Source: a virus (Duplodnaviria; Heunggongvirae; Uroviricota; Caudoviricetes). From it: 52,243 bases of DNA. The notes under the pieces were generated by a model, which ran no database searches, had not been told where the DNA came from, and was given only the letters and a program-made list of their open reading frames with translations. Positions 19,926-29,653 of this stretch are shown in pieces; position 1 is the first letter of the stretch; every line of letters begins with the position of its first letter. The DNA lies in IMG/VR virus record IMGVR_UViG_2563366937_000007; one strand, 5' to 3'. A program made the position numbers and the translations under genes.

Positions 19926-20116
19926 AAAATTACCTTCATTTTACAAATCATTGTTATAACAGCCAGAATTAATCTGGCCGGCAGCATTAAAATACCCAAC
20001 ATATTCGAGAGTCAACTATCAATTTCGCATCAAACTATATACACACACATTGGAATTTAGATAATTTCTAAAAAAGTAGAAAATTAATTAACCAATATCC
20101 CATCAAAAGTTTTGGA

Positions 20117-20425
20117 TTACGAAACATACTGGTCATCCAGTGCAAAGATCACTGCTTCAAATTCATCACTATCTATCAATATTGGGTGTGCTTTTAAATA
20201 GTCGTGTATGTCAGATATTGACAAAGGCAGCGGAACCCCGGACATGCCTGCATAACGCCTGGAACGAGACATTACTGAATACGCATACAATAACTCACGG
20301 ACAACGGGGTCTATTTCTGGCTCCGGGAGCGGCGGCAACCTGAGTTTTTCTCGCTTCCATCTTGCCTTTTCACCCTTTTCTCCCCCGAACTCCGATAACC
20401 ACCGCTGGGCGGCTATGGCTTTTTT
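20117..20425 (-). CDS. T-frame extension of the G-T fusion, reached by a -1 programmed frameshift
   Basis: The 20117..20338 frame is open back to the heptamer and is in the -1 frame relative to G; the track's M is a TTG. Confidence 0.5.
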   Translation of the reverse strand, partial: KKAIAAQRWLSEFGGEKGEKARWKREKLRLPPLPEPEIDPVVRELLYAYSVMSRSRRYAGMSGVPLPLSISDIHDYLKAHPILIDSDEFEAVIFALDDQYVS

Positions 20426-20874
20426 ATCGTATCCTGCTTCTGCTGCTCTTTAGCCTGGGCGATGCTGGCTGCTTCTGCAAGGATCTGCCAGTACAACTCT
20501 GGATTCTGCTTAAGCAGCGCGATCCCTCGTTCTGGCGTATATTCCAGTGCAACCTCAACACCATCAACCAGTTCACCAACCCCTTTCCAGTCTTTCAGCA
20601 GATAACGAGCAGCATTATCAATGAGTAAATCATCAACAGAATCCACCTCGGAAACCTTTGCAATATCAAACTCCTTCGTTCCGACGTGCAAGCTGGCATC
20701 CATTTTCTCAATGTGGCGACGGATTAATGCATTACGGGAGCGATACTGATCGTTATCGCTGCTTGCCACCAACAGTTTTACCCCGTCTACAGGTTTTAAG
20801 TCCTTCATTGGGGTAAACCAGCGTTCTCCACCGATGATAATTTTCTGATTAAGAATAAACATCCATAACCTCAT
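20413..20874 (-). CDS. tail assembly chaperone G
   Basis: 153 aa; between the major tail and tape-measure genes; ends ...TIKKP* on the slippery run. Confidence 0.6.
   Translation of the reverse strand: MRLWMFILNQKIIIGGERWFTPMKDLKPVDGVKLLVASSDNDQYRSRNALIRRHIEKMDASLHVGTKEFDIAKVSEVDSVDDLLIDNAARYLLKDWKGVGELVDGVEVALEYTPERGIALLKQNPELYWQILAEAASIAQAKEQQKQDTIKKP
20419..20425 (-). other. slippery heptamer A AAA AAG for the G to G-T -1 frameshift
   Basis: Minus strand reads ...GAT ACG ATA AAA AAG CCA TAG; same heptamer type as dnaX. Confidence 0.5.
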
Positions 20875-20922
20875 TCAATGCGCCCCCCTGTAGTGCAGTA
20901 CCACAGGGGGAATAACGGAAAA

Positions 20923-21885
20923 TCAACTAATCGCCTCAGCACTGGCTTTTGCGATCACGGCAGCCGGGGAGGCTTTTTTTCTGATTATCGTAGGTGCTTC
21001 ATCTGCTGCGGTAATGCTCAATTGAACCTGGATAATGTCGGTATTACCCCCATCAGGCCATTCACCTGACACCTGAACCTTCGGGAAACTGAAAGTGTAT
21101 GCCCCCTCTCCATTCGAAAGCGTGAAGCTGAACGGAACTGTTTCTCCAGTCAGTGTTTTACTCCAGATTTCCCACGCAGCTTTAGACCATGAAAGCGTCA
21201 CCGTACCGGACGGTGTAAAAGTAGTCGGAATATTTGCTCCTGCATAAGGCGAGCCAGTGCCGATACAACGCTGTGTCTGGAGTTTGTTATCGAACTGAAT
21301 ATCAAAACTGTCGATACAAAAACCGTTACCTCCGGCAACACCATTCAGGCTTACTGCTGAAACCTCCTTAAACGAATAACGTAGCTTTCCTGCACTATCC
21401 ACAGGTTCGCCTTTGATAAAATTCGTATCATCGGCCTTTGATTCCCAGTCCAGTCCGGCAAAGGTTACGGTCGCCGTAATATCGCCGTCGTTAGGGATCT
21501 GCATTTTCCATGAGCCAACCTGCGCTCCTCTGACAACAGAGGCAATTCCGACATCGGACGCATAGGTCGCCAGAGAAAATGTTATTCGCTCATTCCCCAT
21601 TGTCAGAGAATCACCTGACCATTCCGCGCCGAAACAGGATGCAAGAAAATCATCATGTTGACCCCAGCGAAATTTGGTACCAACATCACCGCCAACATCC
21701 ACAGTGCCAGGCGTCGCCCCCTGAGCCATCCGGGAGCCGCCAATCTCATTATTTTCGCCTTTATTCTGGGTGGGTTTTACTCCCCAGCTTGTGCGTTTTA
21801 ATAAACTCCAGTCACCACTTGCTGGTGTGGTGCCTGCAACTGTCTCCCGGATAAATGCCGAGATAACCTTTGCACCTGAACTCAC
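20923..21885 (-). CDS. major tail protein
   Basis: 320 aa; immediately upstream of G/GT. Confidence 0.7.
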   Translation of the reverse strand: MSSGAKVISAFIRETVAGTTPASGDWSLLKRTSWGVKPTQNKGENNEIGGSRMAQGATPGTVDVGGDVGTKFRWGQHDDFLASCFGAEWSGDSLTMGNERITFSLATYASDVGIASVVRGAQVGSWKMQIPNDGDITATVTFAGLDWESKADDTNFIKGEPVDSAGKLRYSFKEVSAVSLNGVAGGNGFCIDSFDIQFDNKLQTQRCIGTGSPYAGANIPTTFTPSGTVTLSWSKAAWEIWSKTLTGETVPFSFTLSNGEGAYTFSFPKVQVSGEWPDGGNTDIIQVQLSITAADEAPTIIRKKASPAAVIAKASAEAIS

Positions 21886-21911
21886 AGGAGCCTCCTATGT
21901 CATTAATTGCG

Positions 21912-22304
21912 CTAGAGCGCGCGATATGGAATTTGAAGATTAAGCTGGAACCAGCCATTCTTTTCGCCAACGGTTATTGAGGAAACAGCCTGGTAACTGA
22001 GACGATCGTCATCCTGAAACTCAAACAGTTCCCGCAATTTATCGGCTGTCTCAGTAATGAGTTTTGAACCAGAACCTGCGGGGACAAATAACTGAATAAT
22101 GATTATCCCCGTGCGATAAACAACCGGCCCCGCGCCAATTTCATTAACTCCAGCCTGCCCGGGAATATTACTTAAACGCGCCCAGATTAACTTACCGGAA
22201 GGATCGAACGTTGGCCCGTTCGGATACAATACGTCTTTTCCATCAATAACCGTCTGTGCCGTCATTCTGGAAATGACCGTATTTCTGATTTCAGTAAACG
22301 TCAT
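21912..22304 (-). CDS. tail terminator-like protein
   Basis: 130 aa; position between head-tail joining genes and the major tail gene. Confidence 0.45.
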   Translation of the reverse strand: MTFTEIRNTVISRMTAQTVIDGKDVLYPNGPTFDPSGKLIWARLSNIPGQAGVNEIGAGPVVYRTGIIIIQLFVPAGSGSKLITETADKLRELFEFQDDDRLSYQAVSSITVGEKNGWFQLNLQIPYRAL

Positions 22305-22681
22305 TTGTAAGCCTGTAAAACACCATTAAAAGCGTTGGCATACACGCCAGTTGGCGCTTGTTGTGAATGACCGTTTTCAAGAGCCTCTGCATAAGGAAGG
22401 TTATTCTGGATATAAATAATTCCGTAATTTGCAGCTTTCGAAATAACCCCGATCCCACGCTGAACCGCAATCGTACCGTTCGGATCCACGTTATCAGATA
22501 TACCAAAATCGGGATGCTGTAACGACACCATGTTGTTATTTCTGAAACGCCCGGTATCAACCGGAGCAGCAATATCAATAGCAGTAAGAATCTGAATAGC
22601 GATGTAGCGAATTTTCAGCCCCACATCTTCCTCAATCATCCCGGCAAATATTGACGGTTCGATATCCCATGCCTTTGCCAT
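22301..22681 (-). CDS. HK97 gp10-like tail component
   Basis: 126 aa; 4-nt overlaps with neighbours. Confidence 0.45.
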   Translation of the reverse strand: MAKAWDIEPSIFAGMIEEDVGLKIRYIAIQILTAIDIAAPVDTGRFRNNNMVSLQHPDFGISDNVDPNGTIAVQRGIGVISKAANYGIIYIQNNLPYAEALENGHSQQAPTGVYANAFNGVLQAYK

Positions 22682-23068
22682 TTACGATCTCCTTAACTGG
22701 ATTGAGTAAACTGATGCGGAAGGATCTACACTCGCTGTAATTACCTCGTATCGTTGCAACTGCCTTGATACAGAATCATAAATCTCAATAATATGGCCGA
22801 CAGCAGGTTTATCCGTAACCTCGCATATCAGAGCAGTTAATTTAAGGTCACCATGCAAAATATTAATCCCATCAATTCTGCCCAGCTTATAACGCGTCAA
22901 CACGCCTCGCCCGGTATAGGTTGCTGTGGATTCGCCGCCAGTTTCAGTCACAGGATTCCAGTTCCGGTGTGTAACGTAAGAACCAGAAAAATCACTCACG
23001 GCGTCTGCTAAATCCTCATCAAAAGCAGCGGCAACCTCTGACTGAATCTCTTCACGAAGCCCCATCAT
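22682..23068 (-). CDS. head-tail adaptor / head closure protein
   Basis: 128 aa; position only. Confidence 0.4.
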   Translation of the reverse strand: MMGLREEIQSEVAAAFDEDLADAVSDFSGSYVTHRNWNPVTETGGESTATYTGRGVLTRYKLGRIDGINILHGDLKLTALICEVTDKPAVGHIIEIYDSVSRQLQRYEVITASVDPSASVYSIQLRRS

Positions 23069-23460
23069 CCCCCCCTCACAACCCTGACTTGTGAGCGACT
23101 AAGTCCGTACGGTTTCAGCAGTGCTATCGCAAGCTGTAAATCGGGTTCAAGCAATGCAGTGCTGTTTGCTGGCAATTCAGCAAATGATTTCGATACACTG
23201 ACCCCGTCAGCCGACACGGCTTTACTGATAACAACGCCAGAATCATTTTTCTGCTGAAACAACTTACCGACAGAGGCAATTCTGGCTGCATATGCTCCCG
23301 CAAGTTTTACCTCTTCCGGAATACGGGATGGGTTTATTTTCAGGCTGAAGCCATTAAGCCAGGCATTAGCCATTAAAACAGCTTTATTTTTAGCGTTCTC
23401 ACTCGTCCAGGCGTTCCCAAACGCATTATCAACGTCATCACAGGTCACGTAAGTGATCAT
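23065..23460 (-). CDS. head-tail connector (gp6-like) protein
   Basis: 131 aa; position only. Confidence 0.4.
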   Translation of the reverse strand: MITYVTCDDVDNAFGNAWTSENAKNKAVLMANAWLNGFSLKINPSRIPEEVKLAGAYAARIASVGKLFQQKNDSGVVISKAVSADGVSVSKSFAELPANSTALLEPDLQLAIALLKPYGLSRSQVRVVRGG

Positions 23461-23463
23461 GTG

Positions 23464-23688
23464 TTACTCCTGAGTTTTCCAGCCCAGAGCCTTCCAGTTG
23501 TCAACTTCATCAGGATGAACATTAGCGATAGTTGGTGCGCCGGGAAACATCTGATAATCGGTCACCATAACCACTAACTCAATTTGCGTTTTTTGTGGCT
23601 CATGAATTTGCTCCACATTCTGCTCCACCACTGCATTTTTTTGCGCGGCTTCACGCTGTGCTCTTTGCTCTTTAGTTAATCCGGCCAT
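23464..23688 (-). CDS. small hypothetical protein, 74 aa
   Basis: ORF-track ORF between capsid and connector genes. Confidence 0.3.
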   Translation of the reverse strand: MAGLTKEQRAQREAAQKNAVVEQNVEQIHEPQKTQIELVVMVTDYQMFPGAPTIANVHPDEVDNWKALGWKTQE

Positions 23689-23730
23689 ATACCCTCCATT
23701 AAAAATGGGGCCGAAGCCCCGTTTGGATGT

Positions 23731-24870
23731 TTAACCAAGAATCAGACAACCATGTGCCGGTTTCACTGACGAAACACCCCATGCCAGTCCAACTTCATAG
23801 CGCACCTGGCGATACTGACGATACAGTGCAATCTGGAACGTAATCCCTGAAATCGGGTCCGTAACATTCATTACATCATCAGCATTATCGCCACCTTCCG
23901 GCATTGCCGGAGTACGGGATGCCAGCAGAAACGCGTTGCGATCAAACGCCATATTTGCAGTAAAGGAGCCAACAACTGTGATTGCAGTATCATCAGCCAG
24001 ATCCTGACGCAGTCCCGGCGCTGCAAGAGTAATCAGATTGCTGGTAGCTGCTGCCACAACATACTGATTCGGATCGCCAGCGAACGTAACAATCTGACCT
24101 GCAGAAATACTCCCCGAACCAGTATCAATGGAAATAAGAACATCGCCTTCTTTTTTCTCGCCATTCACGAGATAACCAGTTGCAGCAACCTTTGGCGCTC
24201 GTTTTACACCTGCCGAACTGTGAATATTGAATCCCTCCAGACGCCCCAACACGCCCTCACGCAGTAGCTGTTCAGTGCCGGATTCATTCACTTTAAACAA
24301 TACAGACTGTTTTCCGCGCAAATTAGCAATGGCAGCGGAACCAAGCACCATCTGCAGATCTGTTGTCGGTGCGCCGTTATCCTCCAGAACCTGACGAGCC
24401 AGAGCAGCATCAGAAAGATCATCTTTAACACCAAATGGCGTTGTCCCTGCGGTTCCCACGGCGCGGGAAGCACCGAAATACAACGCACCAAGATCAGCCT
24501 CAACCTCGTTTGCAAGGGCGCGAAAAGCCTGCTTGAACTGATCAGCCAGAATGGTGTTGTAAGTCCCTGAAGGGCCAAGAGCCAGTTGTTCTTCACCATT
24601 CCATTTAACCGGCGCCATTTTGGATTTAGTAATTTTTACATCAACAGTGCCAATATTTTGATCACCGGTATTCGGAGCTGACGGCCCCGGTACGATATCT
24701 TCGGTTTTCGCCTCAGGCGCAACTGGCGCGGTTACCGTCTGATCTTTTGCTGCGGCGTCAGCTTTTGCGTTTTTTGCTACCGCAGGGATAAAACCCACCT
24801 GCTCACGGGATACAACATCCAGGGCGGTGTAAATAGTCGGGATCAACCCGGTCAGGGTATTTCCAGCCAT
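23731..24870 (-). CDS. major capsid protein
   Basis: About 379 aa from MAGNTLTGLIPTIY...; AAGGA sits 10 nt before this ATG; the track's upstream M is probably an artefact. Confidence 0.7.
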   Translation of the reverse strand: MAGNTLTGLIPTIYTALDVVSREQVGFIPAVAKNAKADAAAKDQTVTAPVAPEAKTEDIVPGPSAPNTGDQNIGTVDVKITKSKMAPVKWNGEEQLALGPSGTYNTILADQFKQAFRALANEVEADLGALYFGASRAVGTAGTTPFGVKDDLSDAALARQVLEDNGAPTTDLQMVLGSAAIANLRGKQSVLFKVNESGTEQLLREGVLGRLEGFNIHSSAGVKRAPKVAATGYLVNGEKKEGDVLISIDTGSGSISAGQIVTFAGDPNQYVVAAATSNLITLAAPGLRQDLADDTAITVVGSFTANMAFDRNAFLLASRTPAMPEGGDNADDVMNVTDPISGITFQIALYRQYRQVRYEVGLAWGVSSVKPAHGCLILG

Positions 24871-24968
24871 AATTAAATATTCCTTAAAAATTTGCGTAAT
24901 TGTGAATGGATTGAGTAGTGAGCTATCCAGCCCTGACACCAGCTCCCATCCGGAAGCTGGCAAATGTA

Positions 24969-25733
24969 TTAATCAACGATTGTGATACCGTCTTTCAGTG
25001 CGTTTTGCTTACCTGCAACATCCAGTGCATCAAAAGCAGAGCGTTTCATCGTTTTCTGACCAATATCATGCTGTGTTGGACGGGAACCGCCGCCATTGTT
25101 GCCACTGGCTTTCAGGATGTAGTCTTTCTGAGGGTAATTTTCAACGAGGAACTCCAGCGCCTCATCAAACTGCGCCAGTTCTCCTGGCTTCGCGCGGGAA
25201 TAAATTTTGTTGCCGGAAGCGTCATAAGCAACGATCTTCCCTTCTTCCACTTTGAATGCCTGTCCGAAGCGGGCTTGTAATAAATCTGCCGGGATCGCAA
25301 TTTTATCGGCAATATATTTTGAACCCGCAAAACTACCGCCAATCATAGAATCGTAAAGCTGCTTCTCCAGCATCTGAGAGCGTTGCTTTTCTTCATCTAA
25401 TTGCTGCTGAAAATTTTTCGTAATTTCTGCCTTAACCTGGTCAACCTGTCCCGCATCGATCAGCTTTTTCTGGTCGATTTTTGACAGCATTTCCAGTGCC
25501 TCAATCGCCTTCTTCGGGTCTTCGAAAGCGGCAAACTTAGCCAGTTTTTCCTCTGCAGCTTCTTTAGCCAGGCGATGATTTTTTGCCTCGCCATTAAGCT
25601 CTGTAATTTTTTTTATCGCCAGCGGTGCATCGAAGCCGATTTCTTTACCATCGTCGTGCACATAAACTGGCAGGCCAGCAGTATCAATTTCTGCGTATTG
25701 TTTTCCGTTAATCTCGACCGTTTTCAGTTTCAT
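24969..25733 (-). CDS. scaffolding protein
   Basis: About 254 aa from MKLKTVEING...; charged helical protein between head-morphogenesis and capsid genes. Confidence 0.55.
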   Translation of the reverse strand: MKLKTVEINGKQYAEIDTAGLPVYVHDDGKEIGFDAPLAIKKITELNGEAKNHRLAKEAAEEKLAKFAAFEDPKKAIEALEMLSKIDQKKLIDAGQVDQVKAEITKNFQQQLDEEKQRSQMLEKQLYDSMIGGSFAGSKYIADKIAIPADLLQARFGQAFKVEEGKIVAYDASGNKIYSRAKPGELAQFDEALEFLVENYPQKDYILKASGNNGGGSRPTQHDIGQKTMKRSAFDALDVAGKQNALKDGITIVD

Positions 25734-25837
25734 ATTAGTACCTGGTTTAAGTCTTCCGACAGTTACGCTGCTCACCATCCGGATCGCAGCAATAAAAAAG
25801 GCCACCCGAAGGTAGCCTGTTGTAATAAATGATTTAT

Positions 25838-26953
25838 TTAAATCCCTGCTTTTCTGAATACCTGTGCATCACGCTCACGGAGTTGCTTCAGCGTCAGCCA
25901 TTCGCCTTTATCGGTGTAAAATTCATCTGGCGACATACCGCCATCCCGAATCAGCTTTGCCCGGGTTTCCCCCACAATCTGTTTTTGTCTGGTGTAAGGC
26001 TGACGCAAAAACCATTCCCTGTAGGTTGTATCTCCGGCCACCACGCCATCCATGCTGGCCCGCTCAGCCGGGGAAATATCACGAACATCAATACCCAGTT
26101 CCTTCGCTGATTTCAGAATGAACGTTTCCGTTGAGCGGCAGCAGAAATGAATTTTTCCCGGCCCATGCAAATAAGGCACACTGTGACCTACAGGTTTATT
26201 ATCCAGCGTATATTTGAGGCGATCCCTGATTCGACATTGTGGCGTAGTACGATTATCAAGCGTTGATAACCATTGCTTACCCTTAATCAAATCATTATTC
26301 GCGCTGGCAAAACTCTCACGGGCAGTAGCAGCAAGATGTCCAACCGCTGTTTTTGCAATGCTGGCCGCATTAGCCCGGCTCATCTGCAATGCACCATCCT
26401 GAAATCCCTTGCTGACATGTCCCCGAATTTTTCTTGCGATCTGCTCATTGGTATCCCCCAGCAAAAAACCCTGACGCACCGTATTTGTTATGCGTCTGAG
26501 CCGATCCGCCTCAAGATCCAAGGCCCACTCACTGAGCAGTCGTCCCTGGAATGGTCGCGCCATTGCAGCGGCGTAAAGTGCATCAGAAGATATACCAACC
26601 AGAGGGTGAACATCAGCAACAAAATCAGGTAGCAGAGAATCAAACAGACTTAACTGATAACCAGCCTCATAAATTGCCAGCTCGTTCAGCTCTCCGGAGA
26701 GACTGGTAAACATGCTGTTAATAGCAGCGCGGTTAACCTCTCTGACACTCGCCAGAAGTGACTCCAGGCGCGTAACGGTAAAACTACCAGGATCGAGGCT
26801 GTCCAGTGCTACCAGCAGGCGAGCTGTAAGCTCCGCATCGCTGTCATTCAGTATTTTCACCATTCTGGCAGCCACACCAGTGCTATAGCGGGATATCCAG
26901 ACTGCATGAGCAATTGATTCATCACGCAGCCGTTCATTCACGGTTTGCATCAT
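25838..26953 (-). CDS. head morphogenesis protein (SPP1 gp7 / Mu F-like)
   Basis: 371 aa; directly downstream of the portal gene. Confidence 0.65.
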   Translation of the reverse strand: MMQTVNERLRDESIAHAVWISRYSTGVAARMVKILNDSDAELTARLLVALDSLDPGSFTVTRLESLLASVREVNRAAINSMFTSLSGELNELAIYEAGYQLSLFDSLLPDFVADVHPLVGISSDALYAAAMARPFQGRLLSEWALDLEADRLRRITNTVRQGFLLGDTNEQIARKIRGHVSKGFQDGALQMSRANAASIAKTAVGHLAATARESFASANNDLIKGKQWLSTLDNRTTPQCRIRDRLKYTLDNKPVGHSVPYLHGPGKIHFCCRSTETFILKSAKELGIDVRDISPAERASMDGVVAGDTTYREWFLRQPYTRQKQIVGETRAKLIRDGGMSPDEFYTDKGEWLTLKQLRERDAQVFRKAGI

Positions 26954-28340
26954 TGATTTCCATCAACATTACACTCTGATTTTTTAATTCATCGATCACA
27001 TCCTCTGGACGGGAATCCTGATCGATAAATTTCAACGCCTGCAAAACCCGAACCGCATCAATCTGACGTATATCACCGCCCTGACGCAATGACTGAACAG
27101 CCAGCGCGGAGGATGAGTCAAACACCTGGGCAGATACATCCAGTTCAGTGCGCACATCCACATTGCCACCGCAACTCTCTCCGCTCCATTCCGCCATTAT
27201 CTGGAGAATATTATCGAGGGCATCTTCGAGGGAGTTCGCCATTGTATAAAGCGGCGAGTGTTCCTGCATCCGCTCTTCATTAGTCTGATCAACAGATTTG
27301 GTGGATGTATTTTCAGCCCGCAGAAGTTTAGCGCCGGCATGACGCATCTGATTTTCCAGCTTCTCAAGTGATGTTTCGCCAGATTCTATCGCTGCGCCAC
27401 TATGTTCAACATATTCGAGGCCATTTTTTGTTCTGTCCTCAAAAATCGTAGCGGTGGATGCACCAACCGTCAGTTCTTCATTCCTGTCCAGCCCGTAGGC
27501 CACCAGCAATGGAACGCGGGCAACATGAAGAATATTGTCCTGCTCGCTCTGGCTTTGCCAGTGCTTGATATTCAGCAAGCCAAGATTAAGCAATGGCGGT
27601 GTACCACGCATAAACCCTGTTTTCTTCGTATACAGTGTTACCAGAGGAATATCATCACGGCTGGTATTCCATGACTCATGAAGCATCCAGACAGATTCGC
27701 CATTAGTACCTTCGCTGCGTCGATAAATTTCTACTCGACGGGGCATAATATGGCGGATCTGCTCCACCTTCTTCTGCCCGAAATCATCACCATCAATAAT
27801 GATGACCTCTTTTATACGCAAATCAGTGAGAACAACTTTCCCTTTTTCAACTTTCGATTTCCATCCAATAACCTGGCGTGGATTCAGCATCGTAACGTAC
27901 GGGCGACCACCGGCCGCGTTTTCATCGGCTTTTGTCCGAATCTCGTTCATATCCGTTCGTGGATAGTCCACCAGCGCATGTGCCACACCATACTGAAATG
28001 CGAGACTGAAAAATTGCTGCGCCCACACATCCAGTCGGCTCCCCTCCATGTCGATATTTTCTGCATATTCCCTGATTTTTTCCGGCGTTTCCTCACTCAA
28101 TACTGTCGGCTCTGCAAATATGCGCCCAATATTTTGTTTGATGCTTTCTTCATACACAGGAAGTAGCGTAGCCACAGACAGGCGTTTTTTATAAGCGTCT
28201 TCATCTTCATTAGGCCATTTGGGGAGATAATTTTCCCCCTGCCTGCGCATTTCAAGCGTACCGCCCATCAATGCGTCGTTAATATCCCACGCCTCCAGCA
28301 TATCGTTATAGTCGAGGTTGGGTGTTGATATATCAGCCAT
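26934..28340 (-). CDS. portal protein
   Basis: 468 aa; directly downstream of the large terminase. Confidence 0.75.
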   Translation of the reverse strand: MADISTPNLDYNDMLEAWDINDALMGGTLEMRRQGENYLPKWPNEDEDAYKKRLSVATLLPVYEESIKQNIGRIFAEPTVLSEETPEKIREYAENIDMEGSRLDVWAQQFFSLAFQYGVAHALVDYPRTDMNEIRTKADENAAGGRPYVTMLNPRQVIGWKSKVEKGKVVLTDLRIKEVIIIDGDDFGQKKVEQIRHIMPRRVEIYRRSEGTNGESVWMLHESWNTSRDDIPLVTLYTKKTGFMRGTPPLLNLGLLNIKHWQSQSEQDNILHVARVPLLVAYGLDRNEELTVGASTATIFEDRTKNGLEYVEHSGAAIESGETSLEKLENQMRHAGAKLLRAENTSTKSVDQTNEERMQEHSPLYTMANSLEDALDNILQIMAEWSGESCGGNVDVRTELDVSAQVFDSSSALAVQSLRQGGDIRQIDAVRVLQALKFIDQDSRPEDVIDELKNQSVMLMEINDANRE

Positions 28341-28342
28341 AA

Positions 28343-29653
28343 TTAAATCCGAAGTGATGTGACTCTTCCGGTCGGTTTGACAATAGGGAATTGCTTAACG
28401 ATGAAATAACCTCCGGCATCATTCGGGTGATCGTTGCCTGATTTTTTATCAGGCTCCCCCTTATCATCCCAGACCTGTTGCTCCAGAGATTCGGCATATA
28501 CCGGACAACGCTTCACATTAACTTTATAGCGACGCTCGCCATTGGCATTGCAGAACATTGCATTCATTGAGTTAACGCGATCTTTTACTGGCGGGTTCGA
28601 GCTGTTCACCACAACGTTAAAACCAGCCTGCTTAAGCTGGGCTATATCCGTCGTACTTGCGTTACTTGATTTTCTGGAATCTCCGGAAGCATCTGGATAA
28701 ATATAAATCTCCCTCACTTTCCGGTAATCATTCCCGTCATACAGCCAAAAGCGTTCTTTAATGATGCGGATCATATCCGGCGTATCGTAGGCATTGATGA
28801 TTTCAGTTACCGCACATGGAAGCCCCAAACGCAGTACATGGACGATCCCCGCCATCTTTCCAACGTTAAAATCCATCCCAATATAAATCGGCTCCCCTGG
28901 CTGCTCCACTTCTTCGCAATTATTCAGTTTCCGGTCAAACTGATGGTAAACAGTACCACTTGTCAGGTTAGTAAACTGTCCTCGAAGATAGGCTTTAATC
29001 AGCTCTGGAGGGTATGACTCAAGAAGCGAAGGAATGTAATCTGCTGGTAGGTTCTTTTCATTATCGAAAGTAGATGCCTGCACCAGACCATACAGTGAGG
29101 CCAGCTCTGTTTTTTCACGCACGGCTTTAACAAACTGCTCGTAGACAAATTTGAATCCTTCCGGCGTGGTTGTAACGTCAATACCGTTGCGAAGTCCATC
29201 AACCTTATAACGCATACGCGCAATTATCTTGCGCCACGCTGTTCTGGCTTTTTCCTTCGGCAAAATGTCCAGTTCATCCACCAGCGCATTACCAATTTTG
29301 AAACCGACGATCGTTTGCGGCTTCTCCATCGATCTGCAGATAGTGGTTCCCCGATACTGACGTCCGTAATAAAAATGAACCTCTTTATTTCCCTCATTAA
29401 TTTTTACGTTCAATCCCCAGTCAGCAGCAACTTCTTCCACTGTAGGGTAAAAAATATCGCGAATTTGGGGATACGTTGGCGCAAAATATCCCTGATTTAT
29501 ACCAGGATGTTCCCAAATCCCCTTGCATATGCCACCACACCCAATCCATGTTTTACCCGAGCCAAAACCAGCGACATAAGCTTTAAATTTGTGGGGCATT
29601 GAAAGAAATCGCGCCTGAGGCACATTAAGCGTCGGAGAGATCATCTTCATCAC
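28343..29653 (-). CDS. terminase large subunit
   Basis: 436 aa; Walker A AGFGSGKT; acidic nuclease-type motifs in the C-terminal half. Confidence 0.85.
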   Translation of the reverse strand: MMKMISPTLNVPQARFLSMPHKFKAYVAGFGSGKTWIGCGGICKGIWEHPGINQGYFAPTYPQIRDIFYPTVEEVAADWGLNVKINEGNKEVHFYYGRQYRGTTICRSMEKPQTIVGFKIGNALVDELDILPKEKARTAWRKIIARMRYKVDGLRNGIDVTTTPEGFKFVYEQFVKAVREKTELASLYGLVQASTFDNEKNLPADYIPSLLESYPPELIKAYLRGQFTNLTSGTVYHQFDRKLNNCEEVEQPGEPIYIGMDFNVGKMAGIVHVLRLGLPCAVTEIINAYDTPDMIRIIKERFWLYDGNDYRKVREIYIYPDASGDSRKSSNASTTDIAQLKQAGFNVVVNSSNPPVKDRVNSMNAMFCNANGERRYKVNVKRCPVYAESLEQQVWDDKGEPDKKSGNDHPNDAGGYFIVKQFPIVKPTGRVTSLRI

